Below, piece by piece: positions 51,995 through 62,488 of a stretch of DNA of 64,000 nucleotides. The DNA comes from Candidatus Pacearchaeota archaeon (GTDB lineage: Archaea; Nanobdellota; Nanobdellia; Pacearchaeales; GW2011-AR1). The notes beneath the pieces were generated by a model. That model was not told where the DNA came from. It made no database searches and was given only the letters and a program-made list of their open reading frames with translations. Numbering within the stretch: the first letter of the stretch is position 1; each line of letters opens with the position of its first letter. Location of the stretch: assembly GCA_038869895.1 (NCBI GenBank), contig JAWCQE010000001.1:121879-185878 (forward strand). Direction: 5' to 3'. The position numbers and the translations under genes were made by a program.

Positions 51995-52449
51995 ATTTTT
52001 AATTATTTGGTTATTTTTTATGTATTTTATAAGAAGAATAGTTCTTTATTTTACCTCACTCTTAGGGTTCTTATTTAAAGAACATTTCCTATTCGTAGGC
52101 AAGGCATCATTTTAAAATTTTTTATCTTCATTAACCACGATTATACTTTTGTTTCCATACTTAAAACAATTCTAATATTGCTAAATTATATATGACTTAT
52201 CTATATAAAGCAGAACAATATTTATCAATAATTCTGGCTGGTAAAAGATGAGATACTCTTTCTAATCTCCCTTAACAATTTTAGTTTTATATTATGGTAT
52301 TAGTTTTAATTATCTATTCTTCTGATGCACCTATATCAAACTTCACGAAAATTGTGTGGAATAAATGTTCACATCCACTGCAGTTGCCTCTGTCTGAGAA
52401 CTAATCTTTTTTAAGACAAATTCCTAATTCTTCTTTTGAAACTTTTATT

Positions 52450-53238
52450 TTACTTTGTATTTTTTATTGCCTTATCGAATAAGTCTGTAAAAGATTGAAC
52501 AAAAAAAGGAGATGAAAACCATACAGCCATTTGTTCATTGTTATCGTCGCTGTCATTAAGCATGAAAAGAACATTATTTCTGTCAGAAATATAGAATGAG
52601 GAATTTATACCCACTTTTTTAGCTTTTATCCCGAGTTTTTCATTTATTGATTTTATTTCGTCATCTACTCCATTGAGAGCAACAATAAGTTTTACATTTG
52701 ATTTTGAAATCTGTTTAAGGATTGGTTCAAGAAGTTTTATCCTTTTTTTTATTTCTGTAACAGGCCCGCATATAATTATTTCTTTGCTTCCAGATGTTAT
52801 CAAATCAGAAATATGTGAGTTTATATTTGTTCTTCCTTTTATTGTTCCAGACACGTCCTGTTTTTTTATAAGATTAGTCGTAGTTGAATGAAGCATTTCA
52901 AGTTCTTTGTATTCATTCGTATCTTTTATATTTGAGAGCATATCAAGTTTTTCATTCATTTCATCAAGAGCATTTTTCTTAAGTTTTTCTATGACAATAG
53001 TTGGTTTCACTGCAAAATACTTTACTGGTTTACCTATTTTTTGCATTGCAAATCCTTGCTTTTCCAATGATTCCAAAACATCATAAGTTCTGCTTCTTGG
53101 CACTCCTGAGAGTTCTGCGATTTCTCCCGCAGAGGCCATACCTTTTGAAAGCAAAGCAAGCCAAACTTTAGTTTCATAAATATTAAGATTAAAATAATTT
53201 TTCACTTTATTTACTAGTTCTTGTTTTATTATTGTCAT
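52450..53238 (-). CDS. TrmB-family transcriptional regulator
   Basis: N-terminal wHTH NIYETKVWLALLSKGMASAGEIAELSGVPRSRTYDVLESLEKQGF, typical of TrmB, plus a C-terminal effector-like domain. Confidence 0.75.
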   Translation of the reverse strand: MTIIKQELVNKVKNYFNLNIYETKVWLALLSKGMASAGEIAELSGVPRSRTYDVLESLEKQGFAMQKIGKPVKYFAVKPTIVIEKLKKNALDEMNEKLDMLSNIKDTNEYKELEMLHSTTTNLIKKQDVSGTIKGRTNINSHISDLITSGSKEIIICGPVTEIKKRIKLLEPILKQISKSNVKLIVALNGVDDEIKSINEKLGIKAKKVGINSSFYISDRNNVLFMLNDSDDNNEQMAVWFSSPFFVQSFTDLFDKAIKNTK

Positions 53239-53747
53239 TTTATCACACCTAGTCTATTTAATCCCTCTAAATAGTTTTCTTCAATGTCCCTAGGATTCAT
53301 TAAGATTATTTTTTCATTGTCTGTTTCAATCATTCCTACATAAAAAACAGGAATTTCATGATTTCCTAATTTACCATAAAATCCAATTTCACCCATGCCA
53401 TAAAATTTAATTGGACTTTTATTTTCCAATGAAAAAACTTTTTTTAAATTAGAAAATAAATCCATTTTTCCTTGACTTATACAATAAATTGGTTTGTCTT
53501 TGTTATAAATTAACCATGAAATAATTCCATCTTCATTATAATTTAATGCTATTGGGGCCCCATCAATCATTTCTTTATATGAGTTTTTGTCAATTCCATT
53601 GCACCCCCAAATAATTCTTGCTAATCCTAGTATTCCCATTGCCTTAAGAAAATGTCTCCTATCCATAGGTTTTTTTGTCATACCTTTCAAGTGAAAAATA
53701 GTATTTATAAATCTTTCCATTTTGTTACTTTTTATAAGTAAAGACAA
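53235..53747 (-). CDS. Hypothetical secreted protein with a twin-arginine (Tat) signal
   Basis: ...KKPMDRRHFLKAMGILGLARIIWG. The start is probably at the internal MTKKPMDRRHF. Confidence 0.4.
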   Translation of the reverse strand: MSLLIKSNKMERFINTIFHLKGMTKKPMDRRHFLKAMGILGLARIIWGCNGIDKNSYKEMIDGAPIALNYNEDGIISWLIYNKDKPIYCISQGKMDLFSNLKKVFSLENKSPIKFYGMGEIGFYGKLGNHEIPVFYVGMIETDNEKIILMNPRDIEENYLEGLNRLGVIK

Positions 53748-53894
53748 GCTTAAAAAGCTAAAAAATTATAAATGTTTAATGCAAATAAAATATATAGGAT
53801 TTTTAAATTTAAATGAACAAAAGAGAGAAAGTTATAAAATTGGGGTATTTTTAATTTGAAAATAAAAAAATCGATTTATTATTAGAATAATAAG

Positions 53895-54245
53895 ATGAAT
53901 CTGAGAGAATCTTTAAAGACTTTAATTTTAAGTGAATATAGAAATACAATTTTAGAGCTAAAGTTATTAAAATATTTAGAAGATTCAATAGAGTTTTATA
54001 ATGAAATAGTAGAAGAAAAAGTAGATAATACGCAAAATTATGGGCAGATTTATGATAATATTTATTATATGAAAGAAAAAGTAGAGTTGTATGCAAGAAA
54101 AAGTTGGAGACTGAAATATAAAAATGATGGTGAGAGAAGAAATAAAATTATATCTATACAGCAACTATATTTTATTGCCTCAAATATTTTGCAGGATATT
54201 CAAAATGAAATTAAGAGTATGAAAAATATCCAGAAAAATAGCTAG
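53895..54245 (+). CDS. Hypothetical protein
   Basis: 116-aa charged helical ORF with no motif. It is followed by a ~660-bp region lacking a credible ORF. Confidence 0.3.
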   Translation: MNLRESLKTLILSEYRNTILELKLLKYLEDSIEFYNEIVEEKVDNTQNYGQIYDNIYYMKEKVELYARKSWRLKYKNDGERRNKIISIQQLYFIASNILQDIQNEIKSMKNIQKNS

Positions 54246-54904
54246 ATACAATAAAAACTATTTGAAAATAGTTAAAAATAAAATTTATAAAATTGTGTTT
54301 AGGTATGGTAAAATGAGAAAGGCAATGTTAATTTTGTCAATATTTTTATTATCTCTTTTTTTTATTTTTTTATAATTTTAGTTTCATCCAAATTAAACAT
54401 AAATGAATAATGGATAAATGAAATTGGATGTGAAGGATTGGGATTAATAGTATAGGAGATTTAATAACGAAAATAGAACATGTAAACATATTTTTAGAAG
54501 AATGTAAAATTTTTCTGCCGAAAAAATTGCAAAATTTGTTGGATATGGAGATATAGAAATAAAAATGACTGACGACTCGACAGAATGTTATATGCAAACC
54601 TTGATGACAATCAGATTAAAAGCGTAAATCTTGAAAATATATCAAAGGAAGGATACTCAATTTTAATTGAGCAAGAAATTGCAAATTCAATTATAAAACA
54701 AGAAAACATGCCAATCACAAAATTTTGATGGTATATAAAGAGAAAAAAACTATTAATGGGAGCACTTTTATTAATAAAACGAAGATATTAATCATTAAAT
54801 TTTTTATCTGAATTATAAGTTAATAATTATTGCTAATCTTCTTCATAGAGTATCTCTAATTTATTTTGTTATTACCTAAATTAGAAAAATTAATTTATCT
54901 AAAA

Positions 54905-55873
54905 TTAAATTAGATATGCGACAATCATCCCCGCAAATAATCCGCCAGTTATAAACGGCATTGCAGGATAAAATTTACCTTTTTGTGAGTAAATAAATAA
55001 AAGCAACAATGCTATAGTAGCTCCAAGAACGACTACTAAAGCATGAAAAATTCCGAGAGAACGTAAAATAATGCCTGCAGTTATTATTGGAAAGACAACA
55101 TCTCCCCCACCAAGTATTGCGAGATTAATTCTTATTTTTTTCTCGTCTATTTTTTTACCTTTTTTCATTTCCTTTTTTGCCTCTCTAATTTTTTCCCTTT
55201 GTTTTTTGTTTAAATAAGGAATAAAAAACCCTCCAAAAATTTTTAGTTCATTAATCTGAAATTTTGCCATTTTCTGCATAAATCCAGAATGCCATACTGC
55301 CCATGCATCATATAAAGAGATTAAAATTAAAAGGATAATTATTGTCCAAACAGAAAGCAAAGGAACGAAAACCGCTGCGATTCCTGGATAAATTAAAAGT
55401 TCTGTAAAGTTATGGACTAAAATATTTCTTTTGAAAATTTTGTAAATTGCAAGGGGGAGTGCAATAACTAGGGCTAGTAAGGCCGAAATAGAATAGTTAT
55501 AGTTGCCTATTAAAAATGAATTTGGAATAATCTGTATAAGGAAAGCATTAAAAGTTATTCCTAATACTAAAGTTACGATGATAAAAAACCATGCCTTAAT
55601 GAATATTGCTGCCTTGAATTTCATAAGAATTAGAATTATAAATATTGCAATTACAAATGCTATAATAATTGAAGTTAAAGAAGTTTTTTTATTTATTTCT
55701 TCAGGCGGCTCTAAATTGTATGGTAGCGGATTTGTTGTTACATTGACAATATTTCCATCAACTTCCACTTGTTTTACATTTGGAGTATATGCATAAATAA
55801 CAGCCAACCCTATTAACTGGGTTATTAAAAACATTAAAATTAAAATAAATGTTATTTTAATATTGTGTTTCAT
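54905..55873 (-). CDS. Presenilin/signal-peptide-peptidase-like (A22 family) intramembrane aspartyl protease
   Basis: About nine TM helices. YD (LISLYDAWAVW), then a long charged cytosolic loop, then the GxGD motif (LAILGGGDVVFP), then a PAL-like PAMPF near the C-terminus. Confidence 0.55.
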   Translation of the reverse strand: MKHNIKITFILILMFLITQLIGLAVIYAYTPNVKQVEVDGNIVNVTTNPLPYNLEPPEEINKKTSLTSIIIAFVIAIFIILILMKFKAAIFIKAWFFIIVTLVLGITFNAFLIQIIPNSFLIGNYNYSISALLALVIALPLAIYKIFKRNILVHNFTELLIYPGIAAVFVPLLSVWTIIILLILISLYDAWAVWHSGFMQKMAKFQINELKIFGGFFIPYLNKKQREKIREAKKEMKKGKKIDEKKIRINLAILGGGDVVFPIITAGIILRSLGIFHALVVVLGATIALLLLFIYSQKGKFYPAMPFITGGLFAGMIVAYLI

Positions 55874-56022
55874 TTTTTACTCACAATAAAAACAAGGAAA
55901 AGTTAGTTTTTAAAGTTTGGCGAGATTTATTTAGTATGTTAAACATTATTGTTTAAACAAAATTTAATTTTTGCATTAAATAGATTTTAATTACTTATTA
56001 AATAATTTTGGTTTTTAATCAT

Positions 56023-57897
56023 TTATTTTAATCTTAACGTTTCTAAATTTCTCGGAACATTTGTTTCAATTCTTTCTATCTTGTAGATAGAACTTGCTAA
56101 GTCTAAGCATTTTGAAGCCTCTCCATGATTTATTATGACTCTTTTTGGTTTTGGGCGACAATTTTTAATAAAGTTTAGAAGTTCTGTTCTTCCTGCATGG
56201 GCGGAAAATCCAGAAATTGTGTAAGGTTCAAGATTTATTGGAATAACTTCTCCTTCATCTGTTTTCCATTCTTTTAGCCCTTCTTGTATTTGCCTTCCTA
56301 GAGAGCCAACTCCTTGATAGCAGACAAAAACAAGAGAATTATTTTTGTTTGATGCAAAATTTTTGAGGTATTCAACACTTGCGCCTCCAACAAGCATTCC
56401 ACTTGTCGCAAGGACAATACAAGGGCCGCCTTCAATCACTTCTTTTCTTTCTTGTGAAGAGCCAACTCTCTTAAATATATCTGATACAAATGGATTTTTA
56501 TCTTGGAAAACTAAATTCTTTACGCTATTGGATAAAAAATCTGGATAAGCTGTATGAATTGCATTAATATCCCAAATCATGCCATCAATATAAACAGGAA
56601 TTTCTTGGAGTTTTCCTGAACGTATAGCGTCTTCTAAAATAAGCATTGTTTCTTGAGCCCTTCCTAATCCTAGTTCTGGAATTAAAATTTTTCCTCCGCG
56701 ATCAATTGTTTTTTTGATAATTTCAAGAAGATAGTTTTCTGATTCAATTCTTGAAGGCATCACATCATTTTTTCCGCCATAAGTCGATTCTATAATTATT
56801 GTTTCTACCCTAGGAAAATTTGTTACAGCTTGGTCTAAGAGCCTTGTTTTTTGGTATTTTATATCAGCTCCATAAATTAAATTATGTGCCCCATTACCTA
56901 TATTTATATGTGTCATTGCGCTTCCAAGAGCATGTCCTGCATTATAAAATGTTATTCTTATGTCTGGAGTTACATCTGTTACTTCATTGTAATTTAACAC
57001 TATTGAGTGTTTTACCATTTCTTTTATATCTGTTGAACTGAAAAGGGGAGTAGTGGCCTGCTTGTAAGCAACACCAATAAAATCTAATCCCAATAGGGCT
57101 GCAATATCTCTCGTTGGATGAGTCATATAAGTTGGGCCCTTATAACCCATCTTGTAAAGATATGGTATTAAAGCGCAATGATCAAGGTGGGCATGACTTA
57201 AGATTACAGCATCAATCGTTGAAATGTCAAATTCAGGAATGTCAAAATAAGGAAATTTTTCTTTCCCATATGCAGCAACATCAATTCCACAATCTAAAAG
57301 TATTTTTGACATTTGTGTCTGCAAAAGCAAACAACTTCTTCCAACCTGCCTTCCACTTCCAAGAAAAGTAAGTCTTATCCAACATTCTTTTTTTTCAGAA
57401 TTCCAATCTTTGTAGATTTTTTTACCTATTTCATCAAGAAATTTTCTTCTATAGTTATTGTTTGCATATAAAACACTCCTTATATTATCAGTAATTTTGC
57501 TTGGTATTGAAGAACTTCTTTGAACATAAGGGGACCAATAAGTTTTTTCTTTTATCTCTTGAAGGACAGTTCCCTGCTTTCCTATAACCAGTCCAGGTTT
57601 TTTTGCTTCTATGACAACAACAGCCCTTTTTGAATCAAAAAGAATATTCATTACTTCTGCTTCTTCGGGAATTGTTTTTTTGATAATTTCTTCGGTTTTT
57701 TCTTGTGATTCAAGAATTTTTTCATCTGCCCTAAGTTCTATTCTTTTTTTAAATTTGTTGACGAGTTCTTTTATTTTAGCTTCTCCAGTACGAAAAAATT
57801 CTGCATTGTCAGTATATAATACAATATTTGCAGCTTCAAATCCAGCGTCAACAATAACTTTTGGAAGTGAGTCAGTTATTTCTTTTAAAATATCCAT
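56023..57897 (-). CDS. fttA: Archaeal CPSF1/FttA: KH-domain plus metallo-beta-lactamase/beta-CASP ribonuclease (transcription termination factor)
   Basis: N-terminal KH-like domains, HxHxDH (LSHAHLDHCA) and beta-CASP motifs. 624 aa, as expected for aCPSF1. Confidence 0.9.
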   Translation of the reverse strand: MDILKEITDSLPKVIVDAGFEAANIVLYTDNAEFFRTGEAKIKELVNKFKKRIELRADEKILESQEKTEEIIKKTIPEEAEVMNILFDSKRAVVVIEAKKPGLVIGKQGTVLQEIKEKTYWSPYVQRSSSIPSKITDNIRSVLYANNNYRRKFLDEIGKKIYKDWNSEKKECWIRLTFLGSGRQVGRSCLLLQTQMSKILLDCGIDVAAYGKEKFPYFDIPEFDISTIDAVILSHAHLDHCALIPYLYKMGYKGPTYMTHPTRDIAALLGLDFIGVAYKQATTPLFSSTDIKEMVKHSIVLNYNEVTDVTPDIRITFYNAGHALGSAMTHINIGNGAHNLIYGADIKYQKTRLLDQAVTNFPRVETIIIESTYGGKNDVMPSRIESENYLLEIIKKTIDRGGKILIPELGLGRAQETMLILEDAIRSGKLQEIPVYIDGMIWDINAIHTAYPDFLSNSVKNLVFQDKNPFVSDIFKRVGSSQERKEVIEGGPCIVLATSGMLVGGASVEYLKNFASNKNNSLVFVCYQGVGSLGRQIQEGLKEWKTDEGEVIPINLEPYTISGFSAHAGRTELLNFIKNCRPKPKRVIINHGEASKCLDLASSIYKIERIETNVPRNLETLRLK

Positions 57898-57911
57898 TTT
57901 ATCTTAGAATA

Positions 57912-58571
57912 TTATTTCCTTTCTACAAAAGCTGACTGAATGTCTTGCGCAATAACGTGGGTTATCCCATCTTTTGTTATTGTAAATACGTCTATTCCGT
58001 TTCCAGAGCCAGTATCTCTTTCCATAGAAGATTTTATACATTCTTGGGCAAGTTCGATTCCTTCTTTTACACTCATATCTTTTTTATATCTTCTTTCCAA
58101 TAACCCAAGAATATATGGCATTCCACTTGAGAAATTTGCATCATAATCCTCAACAGGATAAACCCCTCCAGCAGGTTCAACAGTATAAAGTGCAGTAGAA
58201 CCATCTGGATTAATACCAGCAACAAGAAGTCCAACAATACTTGGCACCATTGATGGAGTCCTTATATTTCTATATATTATCATGCCCGCCAACGAAGCTG
58301 ATTCTTTTACATTAGGACGTTGTCTTGACCTTAATTCTTTTAACTTAAGTTCAGCAGCGAGAACTCTTTGATTCATGTCAATATCTGATGCTATTCCAGT
58401 TCCTGAGATGACTATATATTCATTAATTTTCACAACTTTTGGAGAACGTTTAGAGAGAACTATTCCTCCAGCAGTAGAACGCCTGTCTCCTGCCATAACT
58501 ATTCCATCTTTACATACAATTCCTACAATACTTGTTCCAGATTTTAGAACAGATTTTTTAATATCATCCAT
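57912..58571 (-). CDS. psmB: Proteasome subunit beta
   Basis: Propeptide ...LKSG|TSIVGIVCKDGIVMAGDRRST with the catalytic Thr after the Gly. Classic beta-subunit. Confidence 0.9.
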   Translation of the reverse strand: MDDIKKSVLKSGTSIVGIVCKDGIVMAGDRRSTAGGIVLSKRSPKVVKINEYIVISGTGIASDIDMNQRVLAAELKLKELRSRQRPNVKESASLAGMIIYRNIRTPSMVPSIVGLLVAGINPDGSTALYTVEPAGGVYPVEDYDANFSSGMPYILGLLERRYKKDMSVKEGIELAQECIKSSMERDTGSGNGIDVFTITKDGITHVIAQDIQSAFVERK

Positions 58572-58702
58572 TTTATTATTTTGCTCAATAAAACACTGAG
58601 AATTTATATTAGTATATATAAGATATTTATAAATCTTTCGTTTATGGATTCTGAGTTTTATACGTATTTATAATTTAATCACCTTATACAATTTAAGGAA
58701 AA

Positions 58703-60745
58703 TTATGAGATAACTTTTGTTGTCAGATTGTCTTTTTTTAATTTTATAATATGGTCTACGAAGGATTCCATTTTTTGGTCATGGGAAACTATAATTAATT
58801 GATTAACGTCAAGTTGTTTAAGAACATCCCTCATTTTATCAAGTTGTTGCTGAGAAAATCCTTCTGTCGGCTCATCTAAAATTACAATTCCTTTTGTTTT
58901 TATCTCACTTAACATTGAGTTTATTGTTTGATTTAATGCAAGCCTATATGCAAGAGCAATTGCTGTTCTTTCTCCTCCAGAGAGATAGGAGTAATCAAGT
59001 TCATAATCTTGTTGTTCAATTATCGGAGTAAAAGAATCATCAAGTTTTACATTGAAAATATCCGGTACTAAAATACTAAACCAATCATTGAACAATTTTG
59101 AAAATTCGTTCTTTAATTTTATCATTACTCTTTTTTCAATAGATGAAATAAGTTCTAAGAAATCGTTTGAAAGCCAGTTTTCAAGTTCATTTAAATATAT
59201 AATTTTTTCCTTTATTTTATCTTTTTCGAAAATTTCCCTTTCAATCTTTTCAATCTCTATTTTTCCAATCTCAATCTCTTTTAATATTTTAGCCTTATTT
59301 ATTTCTAATTCCTTTTCCTTAGATAAAATCTCATTAAATTCGTTTAATTTTATTTCCATTGAAGCGTCAAATTTCTTCATTGAACTTACCATTTCTTTAA
59401 GAGTTTTAATTTGTTCTTCAAGAATTAAAATATCTTTTTTAAGCAATTCAATTTGTTTTTCAATTTCATTTTTTTTAATTTTATCCTCTTCAATTGATTG
59501 GATTTTTATTTTTATCTCATGGAGTATTAACTTTTTATTCTCGAGTTTTTTAAGTTCCTCTGATATTGCTAAAAATTCATTTTCGTATTTATTCCTTTCA
59601 TTTTCAAAATTTGCTTTTTCCAAATCAATATTTAAAATTTCATTTTCGATTTTTGATAAAATAGATTTTTTATGTTTTTCAGAAACTTCTTGAAGGCATG
59701 TCGGGCAAGTTTTAAGATGAGATATTCTTTCTTTAAGCGATGAAAGTTCTTTGATTTTTGATGATATTAATGATATTTTAAGCAATATTTCATTCAAATT
59801 TATGCTAACTTTATCTTTTGAGTTTTTGATTTTTTCAATTTCATTGTTCAGTAAATTAAATCCAATATTGTCGAAATAAGAAGCACTTTTTATTTTTTCG
59901 TTAATCGAATAACTCTCTTTTTGTAGTCTTAAAAGATTTTCTTTTTTAGTTCCAAGAAGTATAGTTGTCTTTTCTATTTCATTGTCATACTTTCTTTTTT
60001 CTTCAATTTTCTCTTTAATTTCGTTTATTTCTGATTGCTTGTCTAATTTTTTTAATAAAATATCTGCGAGACTTTTTTCAATCAAAGGAATAGATTCTTT
60101 TATTTTTTCTAGAATTTTTTTTCTTTCATCTATTTTTAATTTCATTATTTCTAAATCAGAAACCTCTGCTTGTTTAAATCTTATTTTTTCCCTCAATTTT
60201 GATATTAATATCTCGTTGTTTTCTTTTATCCTTTTATATTTATTAATTCCGAAAACATGTCTTAATGTATTAAGCCTAGATTCAGGATCTTCAAGTATTA
60301 TTTGTTTCATATTTTCTTGCGGAGTATAAACTGTAAATCTATAAAGCATATTTGTTCTTTTTGCAAATTCCAAAGGATAGTTTAATTTTTGTAATACAAA
60401 GTTTTTCATTTCTGTTATTGACTTTTCTTCAGATTTTCCATTGACAATTACAAAAGAATATTCTTGAGATACTGTTTTTTTTCTTTTTAGGGCCCTTTTT
60501 AAAATTATCTTTTCTCCTTCTATTTCGATTTCAAGTTCTACAAAACCTTCGTCAGAATCTTTCCTTAACAATGACGCTCCTTTTTGTCCTGGTTGGAGCC
60601 CAAAGAGAGCAAATTCTATGGCAAGTAAAATAGACGTCTTTCCAACACCAATATCTCCGGATAGTAAGACACTTCCCATTGGAAAAGTTATTTCTTCATT
60701 TTCATAACTTCTTATATTTCTCATTTTTATTTTTTTAAAAATCAT
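58703..60745 (-). CDS. rad50: DNA double-strand break repair ATPase Rad50
   Basis: Walker A GDIGVGKTS, zinc hook CPTC in the coiled-coil middle, ABC signature LSGGERTAIALAYRLAL, and Walker B VILDEPTEGF. Confidence 0.85.
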   Translation of the reverse strand: MIFKKIKMRNIRSYENEEITFPMGSVLLSGDIGVGKTSILLAIEFALFGLQPGQKGASLLRKDSDEGFVELEIEIEGEKIILKRALKRKKTVSQEYSFVIVNGKSEEKSITEMKNFVLQKLNYPLEFAKRTNMLYRFTVYTPQENMKQIILEDPESRLNTLRHVFGINKYKRIKENNEILISKLREKIRFKQAEVSDLEIMKLKIDERKKILEKIKESIPLIEKSLADILLKKLDKQSEINEIKEKIEEKRKYDNEIEKTTILLGTKKENLLRLQKESYSINEKIKSASYFDNIGFNLLNNEIEKIKNSKDKVSINLNEILLKISLISSKIKELSSLKERISHLKTCPTCLQEVSEKHKKSILSKIENEILNIDLEKANFENERNKYENEFLAISEELKKLENKKLILHEIKIKIQSIEEDKIKKNEIEKQIELLKKDILILEEQIKTLKEMVSSMKKFDASMEIKLNEFNEILSKEKELEINKAKILKEIEIGKIEIEKIEREIFEKDKIKEKIIYLNELENWLSNDFLELISSIEKRVMIKLKNEFSKLFNDWFSILVPDIFNVKLDDSFTPIIEQQDYELDYSYLSGGERTAIALAYRLALNQTINSMLSEIKTKGIVILDEPTEGFSQQQLDKMRDVLKQLDVNQLIIVSHDQKMESFVDHIIKLKKDNLTTKVIS

Positions 60746-60747
60746 TT

Positions 60748-61908
60748 TTAAAAATCAATTATAGTTTTAACTTCTTCTAAAAGTCTTTCCTCAAAAATCT
60801 GATTTTTTTCATCTTCATTTTTTTCAATAGCGAGGGCTTTTAATATCAATAGAGCTTTTTCAGAAAATTTAGATTTATTTTTCTCAAAATATTCTTTAAT
60901 TAAAACATTTTCAACTTTATTCATGTCTATATCAATAAATTCTATATTTGATTCTTCTGTCATAAGTTTTGATGTATTTCTCACTACAACGTAGGCTCCA
61001 TTTTCTTTTATAAACGACTCAATTTCATTAAATTTTATGTCTGAAATCCTACCATTTTGCAGATTTCCCTCGAGTCTTAATAGAATTATTTTATCTTTTA
61101 AATCATATTTTGAAATTTCTGAAATTATTTTCTCAGTGCCTTTAACCGAATTTTCAATTTTAATATTGATGGTTAAAACTTCTTTTAATTTTATAGGAAT
61201 TGTTTTCCTTTTTACAATTCCTCCCAAAACTTCAACTACCTGAAACCTTCCATACCTTAGTTCCTCAAGTTCTTCAAAATTGTTTGGAAATAATGGTCCT
61301 GAGTAAGCGATGTTTGTTTTTCCAAAGTCAACATGCAAATGGCCTAATGCATAATAATCTGCTTTTGGAAGTTCATCTAAAGATATTGAATTCATTTCAA
61401 TATCCCCAATTGCTTCTTTTAAAGCAGTATGTAACATAAATATTTTGAAGAAACCTGGAGAATCTTGAAGTTTAACTCTTTTTAATCCATTAATTTCAAG
61501 TCCAGATTTCATTCCGGGATATCCATAAAGAGAATAATTTTTGTATATTGTTGGATGAAGAATTATTTTGTTGTCTCTTTCCTCACCGGAGAATACATTT
61601 TTGCAGAATCCAGCATGTTCAAGCACATCGAGAAATGTCTTTCCTGAAACGCTGTAATCATGACTTCCAGCAATTATGAAACAAGGAATGTTTGCATCGT
61701 GTAATTTTTTGAATTCCTTAAAAACTCTTTTTAATATTTCTATTGGTGGGTAAGCTGAATCAAAAATATCTCCAGCCATTAAAACCATGTCGACTTTTTC
61801 CTTTATAGCAAAATCAAGAGCTATTGAGAAAGATTGCATATTTATTTCTTGAAGTTCTGGATAGCGCCAGCTTCCTAAGTGGCAGTCTCCTGTATGCAAG
61901 AATTTCAT
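60748..61908 (-). CDS. mre11: DNA double-strand break repair nuclease Mre11
   Basis: Calcineurin-like phosphoesterase motifs (GDCHLG, MAGDIFD, GSHD, GHLH). Immediately upstream of rad50. Confidence 0.85.
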   Translation of the reverse strand: MKFLHTGDCHLGSWRYPELQEINMQSFSIALDFAIKEKVDMVLMAGDIFDSAYPPIEILKRVFKEFKKLHDANIPCFIIAGSHDYSVSGKTFLDVLEHAGFCKNVFSGEERDNKIILHPTIYKNYSLYGYPGMKSGLEINGLKRVKLQDSPGFFKIFMLHTALKEAIGDIEMNSISLDELPKADYYALGHLHVDFGKTNIAYSGPLFPNNFEELEELRYGRFQVVEVLGGIVKRKTIPIKLKEVLTINIKIENSVKGTEKIISEISKYDLKDKIILLRLEGNLQNGRISDIKFNEIESFIKENGAYVVVRNTSKLMTEESNIEFIDIDMNKVENVLIKEYFEKNKSKFSEKALLILKALAIEKNEDEKNQIFEERLLEEVKTIIDF

Positions 61909-61930
61909 ATTCGCAGAAGATAGTTAAATT

Positions 61931-62488
61931 TTATAAAGATTGTTGCATTATTTCCCAAACAAATAATTCCTCAAAAAACAATTTTTTGCTGGAAATTTTA
62001 TTAACTTTCAAGTTTTTTTGTTTTGCTATTTTAATCCACTTGTTATTTGGGGTATGGGAAGATGTGATTAATAATGAAAATCCTTTTGGAGTTAAATGTT
62101 CTTTTAAATCTTGAATGAAATTTATTATTGTTTCGTCTCCAATTTTCCCACCAGTTATATCTAATTCTTTGTCAAATTTATGTTCAGGAAGGTATGGCGG
62201 ATTAAAAATAATCAAATCATATTTTTCATAAATTTTTTCGAACAAATTTGATTTTCTTGTCTTGATTCCTAACTTTTTGACTTCATTTAATGCTTCTTGA
62301 TTTATATCGCTTGCAGTTATATTATTTTTTTTTATTCCATTCTCTAATAGGGTTTTTGACTGAATTCCAGAACCTGTCCCTAAATCTAGTATTTTAATGT
62401 TTTTATTTTTTATTTTTTTTATAACCGCATCTGCAAGAATAAATGAATCATCTGAAGGGATGTAAAAAGTATCTTGCATGTTATCCAA
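61931..62488 (-). CDS. HemK/PrmC-family N5-glutamine methyltransferase (Mtq2-like)
   Basis: SAM-binding ILDLGTGSGIQS and the catalytic NPPY motif (FNPPYLPE). 185 aa. Confidence 0.65.
   Translation of the reverse strand: MDNMQDTFYIPSDDSFILADAVIKKIKNKNIKILDLGTGSGIQSKTLLENGIKKNNITASDINQEALNEVKKLGIKTRKSNLFEKIYEKYDLIIFNPPYLPEHKFDKELDITGGKIGDETIINFIQDLKEHLTPKGFSLLITSSHTPNNKWIKIAKQKNLKVNKISSKKLFFEELFVWEIMQQSL

Noticed and set aside
52300-52400. Possible C/D-box sRNA (a UGAUGC-like C box near 52323 and a CUGA near 52395)
   Set aside because: The C box is non-canonical. The spacing (about 75 nt) and missing C'/D' boxes do not fit archaeal C/D sRNAs.
54905-55873. Calling this polytopic GxGD protein the prepilin peptidase (PibD/FlaK)
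   Set aside because: The YD motif in the preceding TM helix, the PAL-like PAMPF motif and the long cytosolic loop fit presenilin/SPP (A22), not A24. It is kept as a presenilin homolog.
59052-60329. Two Ser/Phe/Ile-rich plus-strand ORFs (213 and 115 aa)
   Set aside because: They are antisense to the rad50 coiled-coil region and are a compositional artefact.
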